The notes below the pieces were generated by a model, which was not told the DNA's origin, ran no database searches, and saw nothing but the letters and a program-made list of their open reading frames with translations. Of a stretch of 32,000 bases of DNA, positions 1 through 9,362 are shown one piece after another (the stretch's first letter is position 1; each line of letters begins with the position of its first letter). The translations under genes were made by a program, and so were the position numbers. The stretch comes from Telmatocola sphagniphila (GTDB taxonomy: Bacteria; Planctomycetota; Planctomycetia; Gemmatales; Gemmataceae): contig NZ_CP074694.1 of NCBI RefSeq assembly GCF_018398935.1, positions 3,630,001-3,662,000 on the forward strand. Direction: 5' to 3'.

Positions 1-1308
1 ACCCACCCCCGGTATGCTCGATCGACGCGAATCCTCCGATCGGAAAAAGGGATCGAACACATAGCCGATCTCTTCCGCGGGAATCCCTTTTGCGTGGTTT
101 TCCACGGATATGGATACCTGCTTGCTCAAGCGGATGACCTGCAGGAGGATGGGCGTGCGTTCCGGACTATATTTTGAGGCATTATCCACAAGATTATCGA
201 TCATCTGGGCCAGTAAAGCGGGCTGAGCCCGCACCCAACAGGGCAGATCGGGTCTGATGATTTTCAAATCGTGAATTCTCGGCAAATAGTCCCTTTGCTG
301 CCTCCAGGTTTCAATCCAGACACTCACGTCAAGGGGCTCGAATCCGGCTGCCAGCCCTTCCCGGTCCGCTCGCGTCAAAAAGAGCAGCGATTCGATAATC
401 TGACGCAACTGCAAGCCGCCGTTTTTCACTTTGACCAGTGTATCGCGATATTCCTCGGCCGAGCGCGGGTGACGCAGGGAAACTTCCACCTGTCCCATTA
501 TCGCCGCCAGCGGCGTCCGAAGCTGATGCGAAGCATTCCCCGCAAACTGCCGATTCCGCTCAAAAGCTTCCTGAAGTCTTGTTAGAAGGCCATTAAAGGA
601 CACCCCCAGAGACCGGAGTTCATCATCCGCCTCGGGAACGACCAGTCTCTCGTTCATCCTCTGCTCGTTCATCCGGCCGGCCTGCTCGGACATACGCGTA
701 ACTGGTCGCAGAGCCCGCTGGCAGATTCGTCGGCCTATCACCAGGAACGCCAACCAAACGATCGTGGAAACCACGAAAAGCATCACGGCTAGCCGAGAAA
801 GCGTGTTGTTGATCGGCTCGAGCGATACCGCTACGGCCACAATCAGACCGTCCATTTTCTGCAGAGATGTTTCGCGGGCCGTGTTGGGCTTGGGGGCAAT
901 CTGATGCTTCATGAACATCCAGGATCGACCGCCCGAATCTTCGAAATAGGTGAGCTGGTTTTCCTGGGAGTCCACCACGCGGGGAAAATCGTCGGCCCCT
1001 TCCAGATCCTGAAAATGGGCGGTTGAGACGATTCGCTTGCCGTGAGGAGAATAAACCCCCCACTCGACTTGATTGTGCTTGAGATCGCGCACACCGACAC
1101 TGACGAACAGAAAAGGCGGTTCCCAACCGACACCCATCGGCCGGATCTGCGCTGCGGATTCCAGTGTTTTGAGAACGAAATTGATTTGTTCCGCCGCGTC
1201 GAAATAGAGATCGCGACGGGAAAATGTGTAAGTGGTTGTGCCAAAACCAATCAGAACCACGGCCAGGACGGCGAGAAAAAAAGCCGTCAGCCGGGTTGTC
1301 AGACTCAT
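1..1308 (-). CDS. Sensor histidine kinase (3' end cut by window edge)
   Basis: Absent from the ORF track because it runs off the left edge. Hand translation of the minus strand from ATG 1308-1306 gives 436 open codons to position 1 (MSLTTRLTAFFLAVLAVVLIGF...). It has two hydrophobic segments, a HAMP-like linker, the H-box NASHQLRTPLAAIMG, the N-box QMIDNLVDNASKYS and FDPFFRSEDS at the edge. Its ATG overlaps the TGA of the response regulator (ATGA). Confidence 0.85.
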   Translation of the reverse strand, partial: MSLTTRLTAFFLAVLAVVLIGFGTTTYTFSRRDLYFDAAEQINFVLKTLESAAQIRPMGVGWEPPFLFVSVGVRDLKHNQVEWGVYSPHGKRIVSTAHFQDLEGADDFPRVVDSQENQLTYFEDSGGRSWMFMKHQIAPKPNTARETSLQKMDGLIVAVAVSLEPINNTLSRLAVMLFVVSTIVWLAFLVIGRRICQRALRPVTRMSEQAGRMNEQRMNERLVVPEADDELRSLGVSFNGLLTRLQEAFERNRQFAGNASHQLRTPLAAIMGQVEVSLRHPRSAEEYRDTLVKVKNGGLQLRQIIESLLFLTRADREGLAAGFEPLDVSVWIETWRQQRDYLPRIHDLKIIRPDLPCWVRAQPALLAQMIDNLVDNASKYSPERTPILLQVIRLSKQVSISVENHAKGIPAEEIGYVFDPFFRSEDSRRSSIPGVG

Positions 1309-1997
1309 TCTTCTTCCTTACCGGTGGGTTCGGTAAGTTGATAACCTCGACCACGGAGAGTTCGAATCAATCTCGGGCCGAACATTTCCAACTTTCGCCG
1401 AAGTTCCATGACGTGGACTTCCAGTGTGTTGGAAACCCCGTCGAATTTCTCTTCCCAAACATGTTCGTAAATCGTCGAACGAGAAAGTATCTCGTTGGGA
1501 TGCCGCATGAAGAACAGCAGTAATGCTTCTTCCTTGGTGGTAAAATCGAGCTTCTGCCCACCCCGCTTGACGACCCGATTCACTAGATCAAAAGTGATAT
1601 CCGCAAAGCGCAATGTCGTTTCGACGCTTGCCTGCGGCCGTCGAATCAAAGCTCGAATTCGAGCCAGAAGTTCTTCGAACGAGAACGGCTTACAGAGGTA
1701 GTCATTCGCTCCCCCGTCCAGGCCCTGCACGCGATCCGAGATTGCATCTCGGGCCGTCAGGAAGAGTACCGGGGTCGACTCCCCGCTGGCGCGGAATTTC
1801 TTAAGCAGACTCAGTCCGTCCTGACCCGGCAGCCACCAGTCCAGGATGACTACATCCCAGTTGCCTTTGGCCAGGAGTTTAGAACCGGTCTCTCCATCGG
1901 CGGCGTGCTCGACGGTGAAACCTTCTTCTTTCAGGCCACGGGTGAGATAATCCGCATTGGCCAAATCGTCTTCAACTACTAGGATGCGATGTGCCAT
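1305..1997 (-). CDS. OmpR/PhoB-family DNA-binding response regulator
   Basis: 230-aa ORF. The receiver domain shows ILVVEDD, VVILDWWLPGQDG, TPVLFLTARD and DYLCKPF. The winged-helix output domain shows LTTKEEALLLFFMRHPNEILSRSTIYEHVW...RTLRGRGYQL. The stop overlaps the start of the downstream kinase. Confidence 0.9.
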   Translation of the reverse strand: MAHRILVVEDDLANADYLTRGLKEEGFTVEHAADGETGSKLLAKGNWDVVILDWWLPGQDGLSLLKKFRASGESTPVLFLTARDAISDRVQGLDGGANDYLCKPFSFEELLARIRALIRRPQASVETTLRFADITFDLVNRVVKRGGQKLDFTTKEEALLLFFMRHPNEILSRSTIYEHVWEEKFDGVSNTLEVHVMELRRKLEMFGPRLIRTLRGRGYQLTEPTGKEEE

Positions 1998-2042
1998 GTG
2001 AGCAATTCTAGGAAAACATTTTGAAATTCTATTAAATTTTTG

Positions 2043-4097
2043 TTAATCCACAAATGGATCGGCCCCAAGATCCTGAAGCATGTCTTTTCGCTGCTTGTCG
2101 TAGTTCATCAAGTCCAACCGCTGCCGGAGGTGCTTGCGTTCGACTCGTCTTTGCGCCAGCATAAAGAGCTGACGGAACGAATTCCAGTCTCGTCTCCCAC
2201 CGAGTTTTCCTAATTCGGTGAGTTGGTGCTGTTTTGCGGGGCCTAAACCTTCGAGCAGCTTATCGTCGAGCGAAACAAAGAACTGACCGCTTCCCGGATC
2301 GCCCTGTCGACCGGCTCGACCGAGCAATTGACGATCGATTCGTATGGCCTCGTGCCGTTCGGTACCGATTACATGGAGCCCGCCCTTCTCGGCCACTCCC
2401 GAACCCAGTTTGATGTCGGTACCGCGACCGGCCATGTTCGTCGCCACAGTCACTCGACCAGGCTGACCGGCCGCGGCCACAACCTCCGCCTCGTGAGCAT
2501 CCTGGCGGGCGTTAAGAACTTTATGCTCAATTCGAGCCTTGGTCAATTTTTCCGAGAGGGCTTCGGACTTTTCGACCGAGCGGGTGCCGATGAGAACCGG
2601 TCGGCCCTGATTCACCAGATCCCGAACGCGTTCCACGATCGCGTCGAATTTTGCATCCTCGGTGGGCAGCACTTCATCCGGCAGCAATTTCCGCACGATC
2701 GGACGATTGGTGGGCACCCAGACGGTCTGCAGTTTATAGATCTTTTTCAATTCGCGGGCGTTCTGAATAACCGTTCCGCTCATACCGGCCAGTTTGTGAT
2801 AAAGCCGGAAGTAATTTTGAAAAGTAATTTGAGCCGCGTGATCGGAAGCAATGTGGATCGGCATTCCTTCCTTGGCTTCCACCGCTTGGTGAAGGCCTTC
2901 GCGCCACTGCCGATCCGGCATCGGGCGCCCGGTATTTTCGTCGACGATCACCACTTTGTTTTTGATGATCATGTAATGATGATCTTTAACGAACCGGTAA
3001 TGAGCCTGGAGCGCTTTCTCGACGGCCTCGAACAGCTTGTCCATCGCCTTGGAATGCGGTCCCACCGGCGGACTGGAATAGCGAGCCATATGTCGGCCCA
3101 CCTCGGTAAGTTCCACTTTGTCTTTTTTTGTGTCGATGGTGAAGTGTTCTTTCACAACCATTTTCTTGACGACGTTATCCGCCCAGTGGTAAACGACTTG
3201 CTCTTCCTTGCTTGCCTCCCGCGTAGGCGAACTGATGATCAGAGGCGTACGGGCTTCATCGATGAAAATACTATCGGCTTCGTCGACCAGTGCGAAGTAA
3301 TGGCCGCGCTGGACTCGCGGATCCATTTTGGCACTCCCGCCTTCAGTCCACGCGGCCCAGAACGGATCTTTGGCCATCTGCCCGCCGCGCAGTTTCATCA
3401 TATCGCGAAGAAAGTCAAAGCCGAATTCGGAGGCTGTGGCGTACGTGATATCACATTTGTACTGCTTGGCTCGCTCGTTATCGTCCATCTTCTGCTGGAG
3501 ACAGCCGACACTCAGCCCGAGCTTGCTGTAAACGGGGCCGACCATCTGCTCCGCATCGCGCTTAGCCAGGTAATCGTTCACCGTCGCAACGTGGACGCCC
3601 TTTCCCGCCAAGGCGTTCAAGAAGGCGGGGAACGTCGCGGTTAAGGTCTTCCCTTCCCCGGTGGCCAACTCCACGATGCTACCGGCGTGCATGCAAATGC
3701 CCGCCGCTAATTGCACATCGAAAGCCCGCATACCCAACACGCGCCAGACGGCAACCGAGCACAATCCAAAAGCCTGGGCTACCAACTTGCGATTGGGTTT
3801 TCCCGATCGGGCTTCGCCGCGAAGCTTGGCGGCCATCGCCGGCAGTTCCTCATCCGGGAGAATGCCGTAGTGCTGTTCCCAATGGCGAATTTGAGGGACG
3901 AGAATTGCGGCTTTAGCCAGAGCCCTCTTGGAACCTCGACCGATCAGGGCGCGGGAGCGATTGGCTAACGGATTTCCGAGTCGGCCACTCGAGCGTTGTC
4001 GGGGTGGACAAGGAGAACGCTGTTTCAATAGATCGGGGGCTTCTGCAACGATACTCATAGCTATCGATTCTTTCGGTTTTACCGCCGATTCAGACAC
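2043..4097 (-). CDS. secA: SecA-family translocase ATPase, short paralogue (684 aa)
   Basis: SecA motor motifs are present: LATGEGKTLTATFPAFLNALAGKGVHVATVNDYLAKRDAE, LVDEADSIFIDEARTPLIIS, ITFQNYFRLYHKLAGMSGT, VATNMAGRGTDIKLG and GGLHVIGTERHEAIRIDRQLLGRAGRQGDPGS. The protein ends shortly after the start of the scaffold helix (AQRRVERKHLRQRLDLMNYD). The helical wing, C-terminal linker and Zn tail of canonical ~900-aa SecA are therefore missing. It also carries a ~45-aa R/P-rich N-terminal extension. Confidence 0.8.
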   Translation of the reverse strand: MSESAVKPKESIAMSIVAEAPDLLKQRSPCPPRQRSSGRLGNPLANRSRALIGRGSKRALAKAAILVPQIRHWEQHYGILPDEELPAMAAKLRGEARSGKPNRKLVAQAFGLCSVAVWRVLGMRAFDVQLAAGICMHAGSIVELATGEGKTLTATFPAFLNALAGKGVHVATVNDYLAKRDAEQMVGPVYSKLGLSVGCLQQKMDDNERAKQYKCDITYATASEFGFDFLRDMMKLRGGQMAKDPFWAAWTEGGSAKMDPRVQRGHYFALVDEADSIFIDEARTPLIISSPTREASKEEQVVYHWADNVVKKMVVKEHFTIDTKKDKVELTEVGRHMARYSSPPVGPHSKAMDKLFEAVEKALQAHYRFVKDHHYMIIKNKVVIVDENTGRPMPDRQWREGLHQAVEAKEGMPIHIASDHAAQITFQNYFRLYHKLAGMSGTVIQNARELKKIYKLQTVWVPTNRPIVRKLLPDEVLPTEDAKFDAIVERVRDLVNQGRPVLIGTRSVEKSEALSEKLTKARIEHKVLNARQDAHEAEVVAAAGQPGRVTVATNMAGRGTDIKLGSGVAEKGGLHVIGTERHEAIRIDRQLLGRAGRQGDPGSGQFFVSLDDKLLEGLGPAKQHQLTELGKLGGRRDWNSFRQLFMLAQRRVERKHLRQRLDLMNYDKQRKDMLQDLGADPFVD

Positions 4098-4160
4098 CGT
4101 GTAAACAATACAAGATCCGCCCGATTTAGGTTGACGGACCCCATCGAATCATTATACCCG

Positions 4161-4901
4161 TTAAAGTTTCCGACGAAGTTCGTCTGCCAGCGATTTAATC
4201 CTCCGGCTGCAATCGGCCCGGGCGGACTTGTAACCTGCTGCGCTGGGTGAACCTTTTTTCAGATAATTCAAGACAACCGCCTCTGCTTCAGCCAGTCCGG
4301 AGCAACCCGCCACCACCAGGTGGGCCACGGAAGTGGGTATGGTCGTCACTCCGTTGCGGTCGCCATGCAGCAGATCCCCGGGATAGATGGTCACTCCTCC
4401 GATCCGAACGATCGTTTGAAGGTCCACAATCTGGCAGTAACCGTGGGAGCATATAGTACCAGTCGTAAAGCAGGGGAAATTTAGAACCTCCACCTGATCT
4501 AAATCTCGTCCGGTACCACTAGTGATCAACCCCACGCAGCCAAAAGACTGATAGGTAGTACACATCACTTCGCCGAAAGTCGCCGCCATGCTGGGGTCGT
4601 CTAAATCCTGAAATACGACAACTTTAGGGCCGGGGATTTGACTCAGAAGTTCCACCTGCCGATCCAGGCCGCTGTAGACGTCGCCCGCCCGTGCGGGAGC
4701 TGCCGAGCGAAAGGTGGCCGTGGTTGCGAACCCCACCATCGGGGGAAGTTTCGGAAAGCAGGCTTGAATTCGAGCATCCATGTATCCGGCCGTCCGGGGC
4801 CGGACTTCCAGTAGCTCGAGCACATTGCAGATCGTCGGCGTATCGTACTTGCGTAGAGCGCTTAAGACCCCTTCATCGACAGCGCTTGATTCGGATGACA
4901 T
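4161..4901 (-). CDS. RraA-family protein (RraA / HMG-CHA aldolase-like fold)
   Basis: 246-aa ORF. The pattern TPTICNVLE ... GEVMCTTYQSFGCVGLITSGTGRDLDQV ... PCFTTG matches my memory of the RraA / dimethylmenaquinone methyltransferase-like family. The enzymatic role cannot be decided from sequence. Confidence 0.65.
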   Translation of the reverse strand: MSSESSAVDEGVLSALRKYDTPTICNVLELLEVRPRTAGYMDARIQACFPKLPPMVGFATTATFRSAAPARAGDVYSGLDRQVELLSQIPGPKVVVFQDLDDPSMAATFGEVMCTTYQSFGCVGLITSGTGRDLDQVEVLNFPCFTTGTICSHGYCQIVDLQTIVRIGGVTIYPGDLLHGDRNGVTTIPTSVAHLVVAGCSGLAEAEAVVLNYLKKGSPSAAGYKSARADCSRRIKSLADELRRKL

Positions 4902-4937
4902 GACCCGTCCTCATTTCCCGTGCGTTGTGAAGTCTGG

Positions 4938-6488
4938 CTACTCCTCAAAACCGGAATCGCCCAGCAGCAGATCCCAGCCGTAGATCTGTCCGCAGACCAC
5001 TATTCCCGCCAGAAGAAAAATTATCAAAGCCCATTTCAGAAGCCAAAGTCGCCTTTGAAATCGCGGCTCCTCGTCCAGATTTTCAGCTAAGTTCCTGAGG
5101 TATTCCACTCGTCGATGGATTGTGGAGTGCTGCCACGAACCCAGCCAAGAGGTGATGGATTCGAAAATCCACAAGGGCTTGCCTCGCCAATCGAAGGAAG
5201 CCCAGCTGGGGCGATGTTTCTGCATCCCGTTAATCTCGGCGACATGATCCAGTGCTCTGGCAAAAGTTTGTATCCCGGTCGGACAGAGACTTCCCCGAAA
5301 GGGGCCCAGATCCTGAAGCATGTCGTGGCCGAGACAATGGGGATTATCGCAAGAAACCGCTTTACAACCGAAGATATCGGCCTGACGTTCGCAACGTCGG
5401 GAGAGAAAGCCGAAAGCGACAAAGATATACACGGCCAGAATTATTATGGGTGCGACAAAAAAGAGATTGGGGTGCTGCTCGGTCCAGACTGGGTGATAGA
5501 GTCGAAATATTTCGCTGAGCATACTGATCCAAATCAGACTCAGAATCACAAACAGGGCGTAAAAGAGCATATGGTGATGTTTGACGTGCCCGATTTCGTG
5601 ACCCAGAACGGCATCGGTTTCATCCCGGCTCAGTTCATTGAGCAAGCGGTCTGTAAAGACCACGTAGCGGGCTACGGGCAACAGGCCGAGAACCATGGCG
5701 TTGGCAACCATGCCCCGAGTGTTCCAAACGAGAATATCCCGGTATCTAAGTCCCAGGCGATTGGCTTTCGCGTGCAACCGGTCGCGTCCTTCGCCGAGGG
5801 GAAGGGATTTCCATCCCATCAGTTTGGGTAACATCCAGGGAAGAAAAATAAACAGAATGGGGAGAGAAGCCATCGACATCAGACTGGTATTCTGACTGTC
5901 GAACGTCTGGGGAAAACTGCGTGTAATGCTTTGCTGAAGCGTCATGAGCAAGGCGGGAAACAGGGTTAAAAGCAGATTCTGTCGCAGGTTCGCAAAGGCA
6001 TAACCCGCCCGACTGAAAAAGGACTGTTCCCGGAATGTGGAGTATGCATTGGTCTCATGAAAAGCCCGATCGGCATCATAGTAGACCAGCCAAGTTCCCA
6101 GCAGGATGATGAAGAACGGAGCAACGATGAGCAATTCGGCTCCCGGGCAGAGCCGGGCAGTGCCGCGGGAATCGTTAAATTGGCAATAAGTTTGAATTAA
6201 CCAGCCCCAGCCGAGGGACACCAGCATCAGGGCGAAGCCGAATAAATTTGCAAAAAAGAGCAGATTCCGACAGTAGATATATCGCTTACTGATGGAAATT
6301 CGTTCGTCCGGCTTTCTCGAAAGATGCCGGACAACCCGGTCCGAAACCATCGTTGCCAGACCAACGAGCAGGAGGACGATAAGTAAAGTGCTCAGGGAGA
6401 CGAGAAGCGGAAAGTTTCCAAAAACCGGTTCAGGCCATTGCACCGGAAGACAGGCTATCATCAGGCAGAATAGAAGGAGAAAGGCCAT
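4938..6488 (-). CDS. Polytopic membrane M48-family zinc metallopeptidase
   Basis: 516-aa ORF with many hydrophobic segments. It has an HExxH zinc motif (LGHEIGHVKHHH) and a downstream ERQADIFG region, as in HtpX/Ste24-like M48 peptidases. The C-terminal part is Cys/His-rich (CKAVSCDNPHCLGHD). Confidence 0.8.
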   Translation of the reverse strand: MAFLLLFCLMIACLPVQWPEPVFGNFPLLVSLSTLLIVLLLVGLATMVSDRVVRHLSRKPDERISISKRYIYCRNLLFFANLFGFALMLVSLGWGWLIQTYCQFNDSRGTARLCPGAELLIVAPFFIILLGTWLVYYDADRAFHETNAYSTFREQSFFSRAGYAFANLRQNLLLTLFPALLMTLQQSITRSFPQTFDSQNTSLMSMASLPILFIFLPWMLPKLMGWKSLPLGEGRDRLHAKANRLGLRYRDILVWNTRGMVANAMVLGLLPVARYVVFTDRLLNELSRDETDAVLGHEIGHVKHHHMLFYALFVILSLIWISMLSEIFRLYHPVWTEQHPNLFFVAPIIILAVYIFVAFGFLSRRCERQADIFGCKAVSCDNPHCLGHDMLQDLGPFRGSLCPTGIQTFARALDHVAEINGMQKHRPSWASFDWRGKPLWIFESITSWLGSWQHSTIHRRVEYLRNLAENLDEEPRFQRRLWLLKWALIIFLLAGIVVCGQIYGWDLLLGDSGFEE

Positions 6489-6567
6489 TCCGAATCCAGC
6501 GGTGAAACGTAAGTCGCACCTTTTTAGAATATTGAGTGCTATCTAAAAATCGTGCGACTTGTCTATT

Positions 6568-7206
6568 CTACCAGCCGTTGTCGTCGCTGTCGCTGAGAAC
6601 TCGAGAGGGCAATTCGGCACCCAGTCGCTCGGCCAATTGCTGAAATTCATCCTGAAAGCGAACGGTCGAGTGATGAAGGTGTTCGTCTTCACAAATCAAT
6701 TTCAGTTCATTATTCAAAGGTATCCCGTAATTCTCCAGGATCTTCTCAAAAGGCTTCAGTCTCTTTCCATAAACATGGAAGAGTTTGTGTTCGTCGAACT
6801 GCACTTCGAGCCGCTTTCGATCGGCCAGTACCGACAGAGCCGTGCAGCCGTCGTTCAAAAGGAGATTTTCGAATTCCCAGCAGTAACTGGAAAGCACGGG
6901 AGTGTCGATATCTGTCCGGCGGCAACAACGCACGCTATCCCGGCTGCCATCGTGCGACGACTCCAGAATGACATGAACCGTCGTGCCCAGAGGGACGATC
7001 AGTTCCAGAAACAGATCGAAAATTTTCTCGGCAGAAATCGCGGCCGAGAGCATCGGCAAAGTTTTGCCGGTGTAGGAATCGCGATACATCCCGACTCGGT
7101 ACCCTTCCGCCGGGAAGATTGACAGCCCGGGGCCAGGACGAATGGCATCAGTCAGTCGGAAGTTGCCGTACTGATTGCGGCGCAAGTGAGTGGTGATCGA
7201 TGACAC
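6568..7206 (-). CDS. Hypothetical protein (no domain recognised)
   Basis: 212-aa ORF with coding-like composition. It is the first gene of the same-strand run 7206->1. The overlapping plus-strand ORF 6559-7122 looks like its mirror image. No motif recognised. Confidence 0.5.
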   Translation of the reverse strand: MSSITTHLRRNQYGNFRLTDAIRPGPGLSIFPAEGYRVGMYRDSYTGKTLPMLSAAISAEKIFDLFLELIVPLGTTVHVILESSHDGSRDSVRCCRRTDIDTPVLSSYCWEFENLLLNDGCTALSVLADRKRLEVQFDEHKLFHVYGKRLKPFEKILENYGIPLNNELKLICEDEHLHHSTVRFQDEFQQLAERLGAELPSRVLSDSDDNGW

Positions 7207-7582
7207 GATCTAGGAAACCTCGAATATTTATGAATTTCGGCGTGAAGTCGGAGGCAGGTCTGAGTTGCGCGTTCGGTTATGCCGCAACTCTACCTCACAA
7301 CAGCCGGTAAGTTTTTCATTCCAGCTTCATTCTATTATGTGGACAACCCCCTGCAGGCGCAAGGTAGGAATTCGAGGCAAAGTAAGGATTACTCCAAATT
7401 TCATATTGCGAAATATGGGGCGTCTGCGGTGCCTGTGCAAACGTTGCCGGTCGCGCAAAGTTTAACAGTTACGGGGATTTATTGAAGATCTCCTAAGCTG
7501 AAGAACGACATATACTTTAATAGCTTGCGAAGCCTGCGCGATCCGCGGTTGAGCCGAGCGTTTGGGCTATTGGAGGTGAACC

Positions 7583-9118
7583 ATGCGCAGTCTCCTGATC
7601 GCTACGATATTTTTTTTCGCAATTTCTCCACTCCAGAGCCAAGAACGGCCAATCCCCTTCCCCGCTAAGAACAATAAAGACACCTCGAAATCCGAAACTC
7701 TCTGGGACGCGGCCTACTGGAAGGATGAAAGTGGCCAGTTTCACAAATTCGGCCACGTCCAAACTCAGCTCGAGCACGTGGTTCGGGACGGCAAAGAAAT
7801 CATTCGAGCCACGAGAGTTTACGATCTCAAAATGACGAGAGGAAGAGCGGTCTTCACCCTGGACGACAAACAGATCACGGAGGAATCCGAAGGCAAGTTG
7901 GTACGCATGGAGTACACCTCCAGTCTGTCCAGAATACAAAAAGAACTGACTGCCCTACCCAAGGGATATCTCATCTCCACAAAAACGCCGACCGAAAATT
8001 ACGAAGACAAGATCGGAGACTTTCCTCTGGTGGGATTTGCAACCGAACTTCAGATCTTGAAAGAACCTCGCCAACTCGAGGACAAGTTCGATTATTACTA
8101 TTTCGAGCCCACCCTGAATGCGGCTGTCAAAGTGCTGGGCAAAATCGCGGGCAAGGATCGATTCAAATCACCCGAAGGTGCGATTCTGGAATGGCAGCGG
8201 ATCGATCTTCAGGGTGCAAAGATCGGAGGAATTCTGCCTCCCTCCGCTTCGATCTGGGTCGATCCCAAAACTCGAGAAATCAAACAGACAATGATGGAGA
8301 TTCCGGGGATCGGCTACGCCACCCTGGTAAGAACCACCGGTGATCAGGCGAAAGCGGCTAACGGTAAGCTGCCCGATATTCAAGCGAATACCGATATTCC
8401 TCTCTCTCAACGAGTGAACCAGATTCACTCGTTGCCTCAAATGAGTTATCGTATAACTCTGGAATTTCCGATCGCACCGGGCGATTTACTGAAACCCTCC
8501 CATCTCCACACAATCGTGCAGCGTCAGGATAATCTGAGCTTCGAACTCACTGTGAAAGCTCTCCGCGAACCGCCTAAGAACGCGGTAAAGGCCGAGCCAG
8601 CGCCGCCAGAGTATCTGAACTCCTGCCACTATATTACCTCCAATGATGCGGAGGTGATCAAACTTTCCAACACGGCCAGCCGGGGTCAGGTTAATAATTG
8701 GGATAAAGCTCAGGCAATGGAGAGCTGGTTGAATAAGAACTTTCGTTTTGTGAGCACCAAAGTGATGGACACTGCGGCACAAGTCGCCAATGATCCGAAT
8801 GGTCTCAGTGGCGATTGCACGGAAGTAGCCATGTTGCTGGCGGCTATGTGCCGGGCTCAGGGAATTCCCTCGCGCACGGCCATCGGAGTCATCTACGCGG
8901 ACAATCCCAAGCCCCATTTCGCATTTCATATGTGGACCGAAATCTACATTCAGGGAACCTGGCTCGGGCTGGATGCTACTTTAGGAAGAGGATCAGTTGG
9001 ACCCGGGCATATCAAAGTGACCGATGCGAGCTGGGAAGGAGAACGAGGACAGACGCCTTTGATGCCAGTGATGCAGTTCATCGGTAAGCATCCGAAGATA
9101 GAGGTCTTGAAGAACTGA
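7583..9118 (+). CDS. Secreted transglutaminase-like domain protein
   Basis: 511-aa ORF with GGAGGTG just upstream of the ATG. Signal peptide MRSLLIATIFFFAISPLQSQE. The C-terminal transglutaminase-like Cys-His-Asp core reads GDCTEVAMLLAAMCRAQGIPSR ... HFAFHMWTEIYIQGTWLGLDAT. Confidence 0.8.
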   Translation: MRSLLIATIFFFAISPLQSQERPIPFPAKNNKDTSKSETLWDAAYWKDESGQFHKFGHVQTQLEHVVRDGKEIIRATRVYDLKMTRGRAVFTLDDKQITEESEGKLVRMEYTSSLSRIQKELTALPKGYLISTKTPTENYEDKIGDFPLVGFATELQILKEPRQLEDKFDYYYFEPTLNAAVKVLGKIAGKDRFKSPEGAILEWQRIDLQGAKIGGILPPSASIWVDPKTREIKQTMMEIPGIGYATLVRTTGDQAKAANGKLPDIQANTDIPLSQRVNQIHSLPQMSYRITLEFPIAPGDLLKPSHLHTIVQRQDNLSFELTVKALREPPKNAVKAEPAPPEYLNSCHYITSNDAEVIKLSNTASRGQVNNWDKAQAMESWLNKNFRFVSTKVMDTAAQVANDPNGLSGDCTEVAMLLAAMCRAQGIPSRTAIGVIYADNPKPHFAFHMWTEIYIQGTWLGLDATLGRGSVGPGHIKVTDASWEGERGQTPLMPVMQFIGKHPKIEVLKN

Positions 9119-9138
9119 GCCCAATCGCAGTACCGAAG

Positions 9139-9159
9139 GAGCCTATTTTGAATAGGCTC
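9139..9159 (+). terminator. Candidate terminator hairpin after the transglutaminase-like gene
   Basis: GAGCCTATT-ttg-AATAGGCTC, a 9-bp perfect stem beginning 21 nt after the stop codon. No U-tract follows, so the call is weak. Confidence 0.3.
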
Positions 9160-9362
9160 AGTTCGGGTCCGGAACCGGCCAAAATATAAATTTTAAATTA
9201 TATATAAATTTATTTTTATAATAATCGATTGCTTGCAAGGTAATAATTAATTCACAATTCTCAACACCAATTTTAATGAATTTCTTTACAATTTGCACTT
9301 GATATTACTAGCCTGGGCGGCTATCAATTAATTAGTTATAGACGTTTCATAATTGGAAAGTT

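Noticed and set aside
623-1354. ORF-track entries 623-1354 and 909-1250 (minus) and 1042-1523 (plus) in the first 1.5 kb
   Set aside because: They lie in the two wrong frames or on the wrong strand of the histidine kinase gene. The kinase frame itself is open from 1308 to the window edge and contains H-box and N-box motifs.
1358-1368. tRNA T-arm-like GAGTTCGAATC
   Set aside because: It lies inside the response-regulator coding sequence with no flanking acceptor or anticodon stems. No tRNA could be folded by eye anywhere in the window.
2328-3644. 438-aa plus-strand ORF (plus shorter ones at 3328-3531, 3661-3870 and 3711-3968) opposite the SecA-like gene
   Set aside because: It is the mirror frame of a strongly supported minus-strand gene. 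The product is R/H/G/F-rich low complexity with no motifs, which is typical of a spurious antisense ORF in GC-rich coding DNA.
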